Assembly: GCF_009914755.1 (NCBI RefSeq)
Contig: NC_060933.1
DNA: 64,000 nucleotides
Strand: one strand, 5' to 3'
DNA from: the human T2T-CHM13v2.0 reference genome, Homo sapiens
The notes beneath the pieces are model-generated. The model was not told the origin of the DNA. It did no database searches and saw only the letters and a program-made list of their open reading frames with translations. Made by a program: the position numbers and the translations under genes. How positions within the stretch are numbered: position 1 is the stretch's first letter; each line of letters opens with the position of its first letter. Below, in pieces: positions 1 to 16,499 of the stretch.

Positions 1-451
1 CATATAACAAATACTGTGGTGGCACAAAGGGACACAGAGACTCAGATGAATCACAGTGCTCACCTTTCATGAACAACTACTTGAGAACAGGAAAGAGTGG
101 CAGAAGTAGATCCTTGTGATACTTAGGCTAAGTTGGTGTGCTGAGATATATGCCAAGCACTCTAGGAACTTGGTTCAAGAGGAGCTCACAGGTCTTCATC
201 TGTTTACCGTTGAGGGTATTTTTGGAATCTAAGATAATTTTGGAGTTTTAGTAATTTGTTTTTATTTGACTCTGATTTTGGCACAAAAAAAATACCTCTA
301 ATGAAACTTCATGCATTTCTCAGGTCCTAGTTCAATGGGGACATCCATCACATGCTTCTTGATGACTGCCTGAGAAAGAGGATGGAAAGGCCAATCCCTA
401 GAGAAATAATCTAGGCACGTAGTTTGTAAACTGTGGCTTGGGAAACTCTAG

Positions 452-632
452 GGCCGTGCTTCTCCAGTGTGGTCTGTATCACCTACATCAAATACTTTTG
501 AGTACTTGTTAAAAATCCAAATTTCCTTCCTGGAGACCTACAGAATCAGAGTCTGGAGGGACTGGGGGCAGGGAGGGTAGGGACCTGCACTTCCACAAGT
601 GTTCCAGGTAGTTCTTATGCATACTAAAGAGC
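452..632. mobile_element. MER5-type hAT-Charlie DNA transposon relic
   Basis: Contains 'gtgcttctccagtgtggtc...gtacttgttaaaaat...gacctacagaatcagagtctgga...gttcttatgcatactaaag', resembling the MER5A/B consensus as recalled. Confidence 0.65.
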
Positions 633-689
633 TCCAGGGGCTCTACTCCTTGCCTTTGCCAGCTCACATAGACCCCTTCAACCAGATCA

Positions 690-810
690 CCTCTTCTTCT
701 AAAGGGTAAGTTCCATGAGGTCTGGGCTTTTTGTCCATTGTGTTCACAGCTGTATCCCCAGTACTTTGAACAATGGTGCACAATAGATATTTGTTGACTG
801 AATAAATTAA
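690..810 (+). mobile_element. L2 LINE 3' end fragment
   Basis: 'taagttccatgagg...gttcacagctgtatccccag...aatagatatttgttgactgaat' is the typical L2 3' terminus. Confidence 0.7.
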
Positions 811-1254
811 GACAGTATATAAATTGAATTTCCACCTAAGAGTTCATTTTGACCAAGTTTTCTAATACTAAAAAAAAAAAAGTGCCTAGACCATAGTTTT
901 GGATCATCTTCTTTCCTTAAAGAAGGGAAGCAAAGATAGCTGAAAGCCCTTAGGTTTTTGAGCCCCTCTTAGATAATTACATTGAGTATGGAACCTAGTT
1001 AGCCACATTTTCTTTTTCTCTTTTTTTTAAAATTTATTTATTTATTATTATTATACTTTAAGTTTTAGGGCACATGTGCACATTGTGCAGGTTAGTTACA
1101 TATGTATATATGTGCCATGCTGGTGCGCTGCACCCACTAACTGGTCATCTAGCATTAGGTATATCTCCCAGTGCTATACCTCCCCCCTTCCCCCACCCCA
1201 CAACAGTCCCCAGAGTGTGATGTTCCCCTTCCTGTGTCCATGTGTTCTCATTGT

Positions 1255-5080
<3,826 letters not shown>

Positions 5081-5143
5081 GATGATGTTAGCTGGTTATT
5101 TTGCTCGTTAGTTGATGCAGTTTCTTCCTAGTCTCGATGGTCT

Positions 5144-6160
5144 TTACATTTTGGCATGATTTTGCAGTGGTTGGTACCGGTTGTTCCTTTCCATGTTTAG
5201 TGCTTCCTTCAGGAGCTCTTTTAGGGCAGGCCTGGTGGTGACAAAATCTCTCAACATTTGCTTGTCTGTAAAGTATTTTATTTCTCCTTCACTTGTGAAG
5301 CTTAGTTTGGCTGGATATGAAATTCTGGGTTGAAAATTCTTTTCTTTAAGAATGTTGAATATTTTCCCCCACTCTCTTCTGGCTTGTAGAGTTTCTGCTG
5401 AGAGATCTGCTGTTAGTCTGATGGGCTTCCCTTTGAGGGTAACCCGACCTTTCTCTCTGGCTGCCCTTAACATTTTTTCCTTCATTTCAACTTTGGTGAA
5501 TCTGACAATTATGTGTCTTGGAGTTGCTCTTCTCGAGGAGTATCTTTGTGGCATTCTCTGTATTTCCCGAATCTGAATGTTGGCCTGCCTTGCTAGATTG
5601 GGGAAGTTCTCCTGGATAATATCCTGCAGAGTGTTTTCCAACTTGGTTCCATTCTCCCCGTCACTTTCAGGTACACCAATCAGACGTAGATTTGGTCTTT
5701 TCACATAGTCCCATATTTCTTGGAGGCTTTGCTAGTTTCTTTTTATTCTTTTGTCTCTAAACTTCCCTTCTCGCTTCATTTCATTCATTTCATCTTCCAT
5801 CACTGATACCTTTTCTTCCAGTTGATTGCATCGGCTCCTGAGGCTTCTGCATTCTTCACGTAGTTCTCGAGCCTTGGTTTTCAGCTCCATCAGCTCCTTT
5901 AAGCACTTCTCTGTATTGGTTATTCTAGTTATACATTCTTCTAATTTTTTTTTGAAGTTTTCAACTTCTTTGCCTTTGGTTTGAATGTCCTCCCGTAGCT
6001 CGGAGTAATTTGATCGTCTGAAGCCTTCTTCTCTCAGCTCGTCAAAGTCATTCTCCATCCAGCTTTGTTCCGTTGCTGGTGAGGAACTGCATTCCTTTGG
6101 AGGAGGAGAGGCGCTCTGCTTTTTAGAGTTTCCAGTTTTTCTGCTCTGTTTTTTCCCCAT
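5144..6160 (-). pseudogene. L1 ORF1p with a single in-frame premature stop
   Basis: MGKKQSRKTGNSK...NHAKM spans 339 codons in one frame, with TAG at 5732-5734 (RIKRN*QSL). Confidence 0.95.
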
Positions 6161-7063
6161 CTTTGTGGTTTTATCGACTTTTGGTCTTTGATGATGGTGA
6201 TGTACAGATGGGTTTTTGGTGTGGATGTCCTTTCTGTTTGTTAGTTTTCCTTCTAACAGACAGGACCCTCAGCTGCAGGTCTGTTGGAGTACCCGGCCGT
6301 GTGAGGTGTCAGTCTGCCCCTGCTGGGGGGTGCCTCCCAGTTAGGCTGCTCCGGGGTCAGGGCTCAGGGACCCACTTGAGGAGGCAGTCTGCCCGTTCTC
6401 ACATCTCCAGCTGTGTGCTGGGAGAACCACTGCTCTCTTCAAAGCTGACGGACAGGGACATTTAAGTCTGCAGAAGTTACTGCTGTCTTTTTGTTTGTCT
6501 GTGCCCTGCCCCCAGAGGTGGAGCCTACAGAGGCAGGCAGACCTTGAGCTGTGGTGGGCTCCACCCAGTTGGAGCTTCCCGGCTGCTTTGTTTACCTAAG
6601 CAAGCTTGGGCGATGGCGGGCGCCCCTCCCCCAGCCTGGCTGCCGCCTTGCAGTTTGATCTCAGACTGCTGTGCTAGCAATCAGCGAGACTCTGTGGGCA
6701 TAGGACCCTCCGAGCCAGGTGCAGTATATAATCTCCTGACGCGCCATTTTTTAAGCCCATCGGAAAAGCGCAGTATTCGAGTGGGAGTGGCCCGATTTTC
6801 CAGGTGCCCTCTGTCACCCCTTTCTTTGACTAGGAAAGGGAACTCCCTGACCACGTGTGCTTCCTGAGTGAGGCAATGCCTCGCCCTGCTTCGGCTCGTG
6901 CACGGTGCGTGCACCCACTGACCTGCGCCCACTGTCTGGCACTCCCTAGTGAGATGAACCCGGTACCTCAGATGGAAATGCAGAAATCACCCATCTTCTG
7001 CGTCGCTCACGCTGGGAGCTGTAGACCCGAGCTGTTCCTATTCGGCCATCTTGGCTCCTCCCC
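6161..7063 (-). promoter_or_regulatory. L1 5'UTR with internal sense and antisense promoters; YY1 site intact
   Basis: CpG-containing 5'UTR; YY1 motif CAAGATGGCC on the minus strand (ggccatcttg at 7044-7053). Confidence 0.85.
6613..6867 (+). CDS. ORF0: L1 ORF0 homolog (antisense ORF in the 5'UTR), open for 84 aa
   Basis: MAGAPPPAWLPPCSLISDCCASNQRDSVGIGPSEPG... matches the ORF0 N-terminus; ATG in strong context GCGATGG. Expression is not shown by the sequence. Confidence 0.7.
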   Translation: MAGAPPPAWLPPCSLISDCCASNQRDSVGIGPSEPGAVYNLLTRHFLSPSEKRSIRVGVARFSRCPLSPLSLTRKGNSLTTCAS

Positions 7064-7444
7064 AGTTAGCCACATTTTCAAGGCCAAGTTCCTATTGCCT
7101 TCAGATAATAATCTGGTAACCATAAGTATCATTCCTGCATTTACTCCAATAAAGATTGGACTTTAGAAATGTCAAGTGTCAAGTACTGGTGAGTTTGATT
7201 TCCCATCCAGCTGTCCTGACTTGCAGACCAAAGCTCTTAATGCTGGAATGTCTGACACTCTTGATTCAATTTAAGGCACAGCAGTAATGTGACTTTCTGT
7301 GGGTTTTTACTTTGACAGTGATGGAGCTGAAACTAGGCACTTCCACTTGGATCTTATGCTTGGTAAGATGGCATTTTCGATTTTTATCAGGGGAGAGCCC
7401 TTGCTTCTGTGACCCCTGTGTTCAATTCTACAACCAAAAGTTAT

Positions 7445-7748
<304 letters not shown>

Positions 7749-8536
7749 TGAATGTTATTTATTCATTTATTCATGTACCTGTTTTTCATAAATATCAATT
7801 GAGCATTTCTGTCTAGGAATGCCTTTATTCAGCTTTACAGATACAATTGTGTAGTCTTTATATATTGATGGGAAGAATCTACTTGTTATTTTATACTGGG
7901 ACTGCCAAATTTGTGTGTGTGTTTTGTGGATGTGCTGCTGAAAGTGAAGTCCTTGGATAGAAAAGGGGGTAGTCCCTTATTCCTGGTTCTCTCTTCTCAG
8001 TACAAATAGAGATCAACTTTAAAAAAATAATAAATTATAGACATAAGCTCTGTTTGTATGAATTGGAGCCTGAAATCAAGAAGTAGATAATAGGAAGGGA
8101 GGGAAGCAATGTGGAGTAAGAACAACCAGCTTGGATATTATCTTTTTTCAGGTTCCCCAAAAGCAGGATGCTGAAACAAGAATTTAGGTACAGGCTGTTT
8201 CTTTGGCAGGTGATCCTAGAAGGCACTGCAAGGGAGTAGAGAAATGAGACAGAGAAGGGATCCTCTCCTTAGAGATGGGGTGGACTGAGTCTTTGATTGT
8301 CACTCTGAAAGATGAGGAATTTTAGGTTATCCACCACATTGCACCCCTTATTAGTTAAGGGCAGTCTGGAAGCATTCACTTCCGGGTACTTTCAGCCTGT
8401 GTCTTTCCCCCTTTGTGTGGTCAGACGATAACCTCAAATAAAAGATGCTGCAGGAAGTCTTGGTAGTAAATGGGAACTGTGCAGGTGGCTTCTAGGTAGG
8501 TAGGGGGAAGCATGACTTTGCGATGGTATATATATA

Positions 8537-8945
8537 TGTGATGGTAAATTTTATGAGTCAACCATTATTGTGGGTGTTTCTCTGAGGGTGTTATTGGGTG
8601 AGATTAACATTTAAATTGGTGGAGTTAAGTAAAGCAGATTGCCCTCCATTTTATTGGTGGGCTTCATCCAATCAGTTGAAAGCCTGAGTAGAACAAAAAG
8701 ATTGACTCTCCCATTAGTAACAGAATTCTCCAGCCGATTGCCTTCAGACTTCATCTGCAGCATCAGCTCTTCCAGCCTGATGACCTTTGAGCTGAACCTT
8801 TGCTCTCCCTGGGTCTCCTGTTCCACTGGCCCATCCTGTGATTTTGGACTTACCAGCCTCCACAATCGTGTGAGTCAATTCCTTAAAATAAATCTCTCTC
8901 TCTCTCTCGTTGATTCTGTTTCTCTGGAGAACCCTGGCTAATACA
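8537..8945 (+). mobile_element. MLT2-family solo LTR (ERVL)
   Basis: Starts TGTGATGGTAAATTTTATGAGTCAAC and ends TCTCTGGAGAACCCTGGCTAATACA; AATAAA at ~8887 followed by a (TC)n tract. Confidence 0.85.
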
Positions 8946-10630
8946 GTATGCCTGTGCTTGATTTCTTCTGGTTAGGAAAAAAAGCAGTAACTACTTTTGG
9001 ACAAAGAAGGTAATGTGTGTTGGTTTTACGTGTTTTATTTTACCTACAAAATAGATTGATATTCTGATAATTTTTCTAAAGTTTGTAAAGCGCTTTAGTT
9101 AAATCTTTTTAAAAAGGTAACCAAAAGTACAAACCCAGATAACTTTAAACTCTTAACACCAAGCACCACCATTGACAGAAGCATTTTCATTTCAGGAGCA
9201 TTTTATTCTGCATAAGAGGGGATACAATGATACAAATCTGCAGTTTTGTGGTTGTTGTTGTTCTTTTGGGAATCCTGCATATGTAGGCTATAATTTTTTA
9301 CAGTGGGTTTAGCTCATAATACATTCTGTCCATGAAGCACATTGCTGCTGAAGGTGTGTTTGGCTTTTACCTGTTTATTGCTACCCAGAGTATATATAAT
9401 TAGAATGAATTTATTATTTCCTAGAAGGCGTTAGGTGCCCACTCTTGTCTCTCTGATTCTTTTGATTCCTAAGCCCCTGAAAACAACTCTTAAGAATAAC
9501 TCTGGATGCAGGTTGGCAAAATAAATGTATTTTTGTTTGTACAGTCTGAAATTTCTCTGCTGCATATACTGTAGTGTTTTGCTACTTGTCAATATTCAGT
9601 CGAAGTCCCTTGAACATCTGAAAAGCTAAGCCTGATAAGAAGCATTAAACAGTCTCTTATTTTCTACATTAAAAAACTAATTTTCAGAGCAGCAATTTGT
9701 ATGAAGCAAATAATCAGATTGTTTCCTTTATCTCTAAGTGTTTCCCAGATGGAACAGCATATAGAATAGTATATTATGCAGCTTGAATTGGATGTACATC
9801 AAAATCATTAGCTTATATTGAAAGCTCCACTGGGAAGATTAGAACTAAAGTCAAGATAAAATTAACTCTTTGAAGATGAATTCCAATGAAGTAATGCCAA
9901 ATAAGTGGAAAAAGGCATCTTTTTAAAAAATATTTATTGTCTGTATTTAATATTCTTAGATTTCTGTTAGACAATCTAAAACAGAGAATTAGTGAATAAG
10001 TTATTAATTTGGAGATGATATTGGGAAGAGAATGTTTATTTTCAACTGTCCCTGTCTTACTCATGGCATTTTGCCTATTAATAGAATAAAAAAAATTGCT
10101 GCCTGTATTAATATATTGTGGGATGTAAGTGGCAGAAACTCAGCCTTCAGCATAGCCAAGCGAAGCTGGAGAGAGGGATAAGTAGAACCAGGTACTTGAA
10201 CACTTTCAAGATTCTTAGTCTGGGTATCAGATTCATGCTTCTTTGACTTTCCTCTGAGTATCTTCGTGATACCCAGACCAGACTGGCTTTCTCCAAATGG
10301 CAGAAGATGACCAGCGATAGTTCCCAAATTTTACATCTTTAATTATACTCACTGGAGAAAGTTTGACTTAATATACATAGACTCATGTACTTATGAAACA
10401 CACACCTCTCCCCAATTTAATGTGGGAAAACTCAGCTCTGGCAAGGAAGTGGGGCTCCATCACTGAGTACCTGCCACATTCCAGGTAGACTTTACCTAGG
10501 GCTTTCCATACATGATCTCTAATCATGGAATTCTTTCCAAGTAAGCCTCACTCTTTTCCAGATTAAGCATAAAGAGGTTAAATCACCAAAGTCACACTGC
10601 TAATAAATGACGGACCTTGGATTTCAACTT

Positions 10631-11978
10631 TTTAAAAAAAATTTTACTTTAAGTTCTAGGATACATGTGCAGAATGTGCAGGTTTGTTACATAGGTATAC
10701 ATGTGCCATGGTGGTTTGCTGCACCTATCAAACTGTTATCTAGATTTTAAGCCCCACATGCATTAGGTATTTGTCCTAATGCTCTCCCTTCCCTTGCCCC
10801 CTACCTCCTGACAGGCCCCAGTGTGTGATGTTCCCCTCCCTGTGTCCATGTGTTCTCATTGTTCAACTCCCACTTATGAATGAGAACATGTGGTGTTTGG
10901 TTTTCTGTTCTTGTGTTAGTTTGCTAAGAATGATGGTTTCCAGCTTCATCCATGTCCCTGCAAAGGACATTAACTCATTCTTTTTTTATGGCTGCATAGT
11001 ATTCCATGGTATATATGTGTCACATTTTCTGTATCCAGTCTATCGTTGATGGGCACTTGGGTTAGTTCCAAGTCTTTGCTATTGTAAATAGTGCTACAAT
11101 AAACATATGTGTGCATGCGTCTTTATAGTAGAATGATTTATAATCCTTTGGGTATATACCCAGTAATGGGATTGCTGGGTCAAATGGTATTTCTGGTTCT
11201 AGATCCTTGAGGAATTGCCACACTTTCTTCCACAATGGTTAAACTAATTTACACTCCCACCAACAGGGTAAAAGTGTTCCTATTTTTCCACATCCTTTCC
11301 AGCATCTGTTGTTTCCTGACCTTTTAATGATCGTCATTCTAACTGGTGTGAGATGGTATCTTGTTGTTTTGATTTGCATTTCTCTAATGACCAGTGATGA
11401 TGAGCTTTTTTTTCATATGTTTCCTGGCCACATAAATGTCTTCTTTTGAGAAGTGTTTGTTCATATCCTTTGCCCACTTTTTGATGAGGTTGTTTTTTTC
11501 CTATAAATTTAAATTCCTTGTAGATTCTGGATGTTAGCCCTTTGTCAGATGGGTAGATTGCAAAAATTTTCTCCCATTCTGTAGGTTGCCTGTTCACTCT
11601 GATGATAGTTTCTTTTGCTGTGCAGAAGCTTTTTAGTCTAATTAGATCCCATTTGTCAATTTTGGCTTTTGTTGCCATTGCTTTTGGTGTTTTAGTCATG
11701 AAGTCTTTGCCCATGCCTATGTCCTGAATGGTATTGCATAGGTTTCTTCTAGGGTTTTTATGGTTTGGGTTTTACATGTAAGCCTTTGATCCATCTTGAG
11801 TTAATTTTTGTATAAGGTGTAAGGAAGGGGTCCAGTTTCTGTTTTCTGCATATGTGTAGCCAGGTTTCCCAGCAGCATTTATTAAACAGGGAATCCTTTC
11901 CCCATTGCTTGGTTTTGTCAGGTTTGCCAAAGATCAGATGGTTGTAGATATGTGGTGTTATTTCTGAGGTCTCTGTTC
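10631..11978 (-). mobile_element. 5'-truncated L1 (L1PA7/8-like, ~1.35 kb) inserted into a MIR
   Basis: L1 3'UTR plus ORF2 C-terminus ([16 protein letters not shown]). Near-TSD tggatttcaactt (10618-10630) / tggagtttcaactt (11979-11992). The flanks join into a MIR core (gaggttaaa...aaagtcacac...ggattt...accatgctgc). Confidence 0.9.
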
Positions 11979-12396
11979 TGGAGTTTCAACTTCAACTTCA
12001 TCTGTGTTTCTTCCTCTGTACCATGCTGCTTCACTAAAACGTTTGTTTTGTTTTGTTGTGTGACAACATGACATTCATAACACAGTTTCATCAGTAATAT
12101 GCCCTTTTGCCTGTTAGATACCCTCAGCTTTCATCACATTTATTCTAATCCAAAGCAGTGGGAAAACAGTTTTAGATAATTTTTTTTCCAACTTCTGCAA
12201 GTGGTAAAATGCACAAGTGTTAAGCTCGGATGAGTGTTACTTAAAATGATTAGTCAACCTAGCCTCAGAAACTAGTGATATCATGAAGTTGTGCTTTTAA
12301 TGTGAGAGTCTCAGGTGCCCAATTCTTTCCCTCAATAGTTCACTGTGGCAGACAGTGTTGAATTTCACCGGAGCTCTGAAAACGGTAACAGTTTTC

Positions 12397-12832
12397 TGTT
12401 CTGGTTAACAGCTTGTCACCAACCAACCTTCCCATGTGACTTAGATAAGACTTCTTGTCCACTCTTGACTCTTTCTCATGACAAATAAGATGCACAGATG
12501 ACTCTCTTGTTTACCTGTGACAAGGCCAGATACACACCCTCCAATTTCACATGCTTTTTCTTATGAATAATTAGATGAATTTTTTGTCCTCCTGTAACTA
12601 GCTAGACACAGAGATAAACATTTTCTTTTAAGCTGATTGACCGAGACTTCTCCTGATTGCAAAATCAATCTTGACTGTAAACCACCCCATTTATAACTGT
12701 CTACACCTACCTATAAAGGTATAAGACAAAGCCACCCTGCTGGGACACTCTGATCCTCAGATCTGGGGTGCTCCCCATTGCTATAGCCAGAATAAACTCA
12801 ATTTCTGTGCTTGTTCGGTTCTTGTCTTTAAT
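12397..12832 (+). mobile_element. Probable ERV1-class solo LTR (MER39-like)
   Basis: LTR layout with TATA-like tataa (~12712-12725), AATAAA at 12791 and a short U5-like tail; 'gacaaggccagatacacaccctcc' motif recalled from the MER39 group. Confidence 0.45.
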
Positions 12833-15794
12833 GAGCCATCTCAGGTCTCATAGATGAATTCCATCTCTCCTGGCCCAAGTGTGTCTGTGCATTTGTACAT
12901 ACATGAACACTCATGTGTGTATGTCAGTATCCTAAAAGAAAGTGTATACATCAATATCCTAAAAGAAACATTGGAACTTACATTGAATATGAGTAGCAAA
13001 CTTCAAAATTTTATAATAGAAAACTCCCATGCTCAGTGTATATTGGTGCTACCATCATAGATTCAGAAGCATGACAAATGCTGCTTAGAGAAATCTCACC
13101 AGTGACTATTGCCATTTAAGATTCATGCTGAGGACCAGGATAGTTTTTTGTCCAGGTTCATTTAGATTTTCTTTCATTCTAGGAAGCTGTATGTAATAAA
13201 TCTGTTTTTTGTGTTGCTCCCTTCACCTGTTATAGTTAGAACCTGTATATAACCAGAGCACCACGAGGCCAAATCTCTAGCAAGTGCAAATTCAAAGAAG
13301 CAGTAATCTGACAAAGTGTAATTGATTGCAAGCAAATTGTAAATGGAAGTTCTCAAAGGACAACAAGAAGCTTCTTAAAACCTATTCTTTTTTTCCCCAT
13401 CCATCTCTTAATCACCCCAAAACTTTTCAGTTGACTGTTTTCTCCCTCCACTTCTACATACTGAATGACACCATGTAGAATAGTAGTGTTTGCCCTCTCT
13501 CATCCTCTGAAGACATTTCTTTCCTTGCTCACTTAGTTTCTAGGCTTTTGAAATGTAGAATTAAGGTGAGTAGGAAATGAAAAAAACAAAATAGGACTGA
13601 GGTTTACTCATGGAAGAAAAAAAGAGTAGTGATTAAAGGGAAATGAGTGTGTGTGTGTGTGTACACAATAGAAAATCACAACTTCTATGTAATTCAGTTT
13701 ACTTAACACAGAATTTTGCATACAGTAAATTCTTAGGAACTATTTGAAACACATTAATGACTTCCAACTGTTTTTTTTTTTTAAAAAGCAGTGGAACCAT
13801 GTTTTTTAAAAAAGAAATATTAAGTAGAACTTTAATAAACAAAATAAAACTGAGGTTTGGACAAAGAGCCTGAATATCTGTGTAATCTGCTTCTCCTCCT
13901 GGAGAAGACAGTTTGAAAAATAGTTAGAAATTCCAGCTCAATAAAAGTATATGCTATTAATTTTTAAAATTAAGAAACAAATCATCATTGATTTTTTCTT
14001 ATTATAAAGGCAACATGTTTATTTAGAGGAAATTAAAAATATAAATAACTACTGCATATCTTATAATTTCAGCACCCCAAGATAAACTTTATTAACAATA
14101 CTGTTAATATTTTCCTGTCCAGTCACCGATTTTTAAATCTGTATCAGTGTTTCAATATATCAGTGTTTTAATATGATGATGCCATGGTTTTTTTGTTTCT
14201 GGTTCATAGAAAGAATCATATAACGTCATTAAAGGCTCAAAAATGATCTTACATGCTGTCAAAAACACATTAAACTGTGGTCTCCAGGTTATTTAAAAAT
14301 TGACTTTCCTTTGAGATTTTTTTCTTAGAGTTTGCTGTTATCTGCCGCATCAAAGGTAATGATCTTTCTCCCCATTTCTTACACCTGAGTAAATTTTCTG
14401 GATCCATTGGATTTGGTTCATAAATACCCAAGCAAATGAACAGTCAAAATGGTCTAATTAAACTGCGCTGCATTCCGCTTCCCCTGTCATAAAGGTCAGA
14501 ACCAGGCTTCAAGTCTGCGAGCGCAGTAGCAGCTGGAGAAAAAATGGCACTATAGGACCTTGAGAGGTCTCCACAATTTTACAAGATGCTGTCACTCTTA
14601 ACCTACGGATTCTGTTTAGTCAGTTTATTAAGGAAGGCTAGGACACTAATAAAACGGGGCTGAAATGGGGGTTTGAGATTAACTGTGAAATTGATTTATC
14701 CTTGTTATGCATGACTCTCATTTGCCCAGATAACTGAGAATTACCTTCTTTTCCTAAGGAAAGAACAGTTCTGGTTTGGAGGAGATAAGAGGGTAAATGA
14801 AAGAAGGGACATGGGATTTCTAAGCAACACTCTGCCCCCACTTCTACCTCAAGCAGTTAGGGCAAAAAGAGTCCACTGTCTTTCATAGCAAAGCCAAGTT
14901 TCAATCGCTCAGTTGACTTTAAAAAGTGCAAAGCATGTTCTGCTTTATGTTTTAAACTCTTGACCCGTGATCATTATCATGTAAGAACCATATCAATTAC
15001 CATAACTGTAATTGCATTGCTTTTAATAATATCTAGAAAATCATGCACATTAATAGTGGAGCTTTCTATCTCTGTTGAAGAACAATTACTCCTAAAAATT
15101 TATTATACTATGAAAGTAGATGATTTTTATTTCATTTTTTTGTGCAAAAGAAATCCCAGCATGGAAGTACCTTTTAAAAAATTGTTTTTGGGAGAAATAC
15201 ATTAAGTTTTTTCAACAAGATCTTTCAGTGCAGGAGTAATTTCACATTATAGAAATGCAAATTTTTTTCCTTCAGGATTAATGTGCTTATTTCTTGACTG
15301 ATGATCAGCCTTTTTATCTGGCAGGGGTGGGATAAGCCCAGTTTGACTACTTATATGTTTTGTTTTACAAAGCTTTATAGTTCCTGTGCTATTTTGTTTT
15401 GCCTGTAGGCTATAACAGCTTAAAATAATTATTTTAATATCTGGAATTGATAACAGCAGTCTAAAAAATACAGCATTGTTTGCACTATATCTTCACTTAG
15501 AAGGTAATGGCTGTAATAAGATTGAACTCTTCTATGAATTAATCACATTGCCTGCTTCATCCTTCCAGTGAATTCTATTTTTTGAACAACGTACAGAGAA
15601 ACACTGTAAATTTGTAGGTTGTACTTGCTTTTATCTCTTTGGTGGTAATATATTTGTTGAACAGATAGCAACTATCTTTATGGAGGACCACCATGCTAAG
15701 GTAATATTTTTAGGGTTTTGGTTACTAAGTGGATTTCTGATTGTTTTATAGTTTCCAAGGTCAACTGCTGATGTACATTTCTTTTCCCATATAA

Positions 15795-15890
15795 AAATGG
15801 GTGCACCAAAATTTCACGAATCACCACTAAAGAACTTCCTCGTGTAACCAAATACCACCTGTACCCCAATATCTTATGGAAAATAACTCT
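15795..15890 (+). mobile_element. Short L1PB/L1MA 3'-terminal fragment
   Basis: 'atgggtgcaccaaaatttcacgaatcaccactaaagaactt...gtaaccaaataccacctgtacccc' matches the reverse complement of the L1 end at ~22820-22890. Confidence 0.8.
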
Positions 15891-16168
15891 TGATAAAAAG
15901 ATTACTTTCTTAAGAAGCAAATATAATTTCTTTCTTTCCAGTTCTTTTTTTCTATAGATTTTTTTTTTCTTTTCAGCAACGTTTCCCCTCAACATTATTT
16001 CTTTTCTCTGAAAACAATCGCCAAGTGGATATATTCTGGGGTCTTTTCTCAGTGATATTTTGTTCCGTAAGAAATAATAATCATTAACATCACTACAAAT
16101 CATCACAGTTGGTCTGATTTTGTGTTTGAGTATAACCTATTATCAACTAAGTTGAAAAGAAATACCTT

Positions 16169-16474
16169 TATTTATTTATTTATTTATTTTTTTTGAGACA
16201 GGGTCTTGCTCTGTTACCCAGGCTGGAGTACAGTGGTGTGATCTTGGCTAACCGCAGCCTTGATCTACTGGGCTCAATCTGTCCTCCCACTCGGCCCCTG
16301 AGTAGCTGGGACCACAGGTATGTGCCACCAGTCCTGGCTATTTTTTAAATTTTTTGTAGAGGCAGGGTCTCACCATGTTGCCCAGGCTGGTGTCAAACCC
16401 CTGGCCTCAAGAGATTCTCTCTCTTTGGCCTCTCAAAGTGTTGGGATTACAGATATGAGTCAGCACACCTGGCC
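16169..16474 (-). mobile_element. AluJ
   Basis: gagacagggtcttgctctg...gcagccttgatctactgggctcaa (J-type); degenerate TSD tgaaaagaaatacctt / tgaaaataactatctt. Confidence 0.93.
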
Positions 16475-16499
16475 TGAAAATAACTATCTTAATGGTCAA

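Noticed and set aside
8100-8520. Possible old ERVL LTR relic, and another at ~10130-10330
   Set aside because: The resemblance is too weak for me to assign a family or boundaries without a profile search.
9008-9016. Donor-like AAG|GTAATG just after the MLT2 LTR
   Set aside because: A single moderate motif with nothing else to support an LTR-driven first exon.
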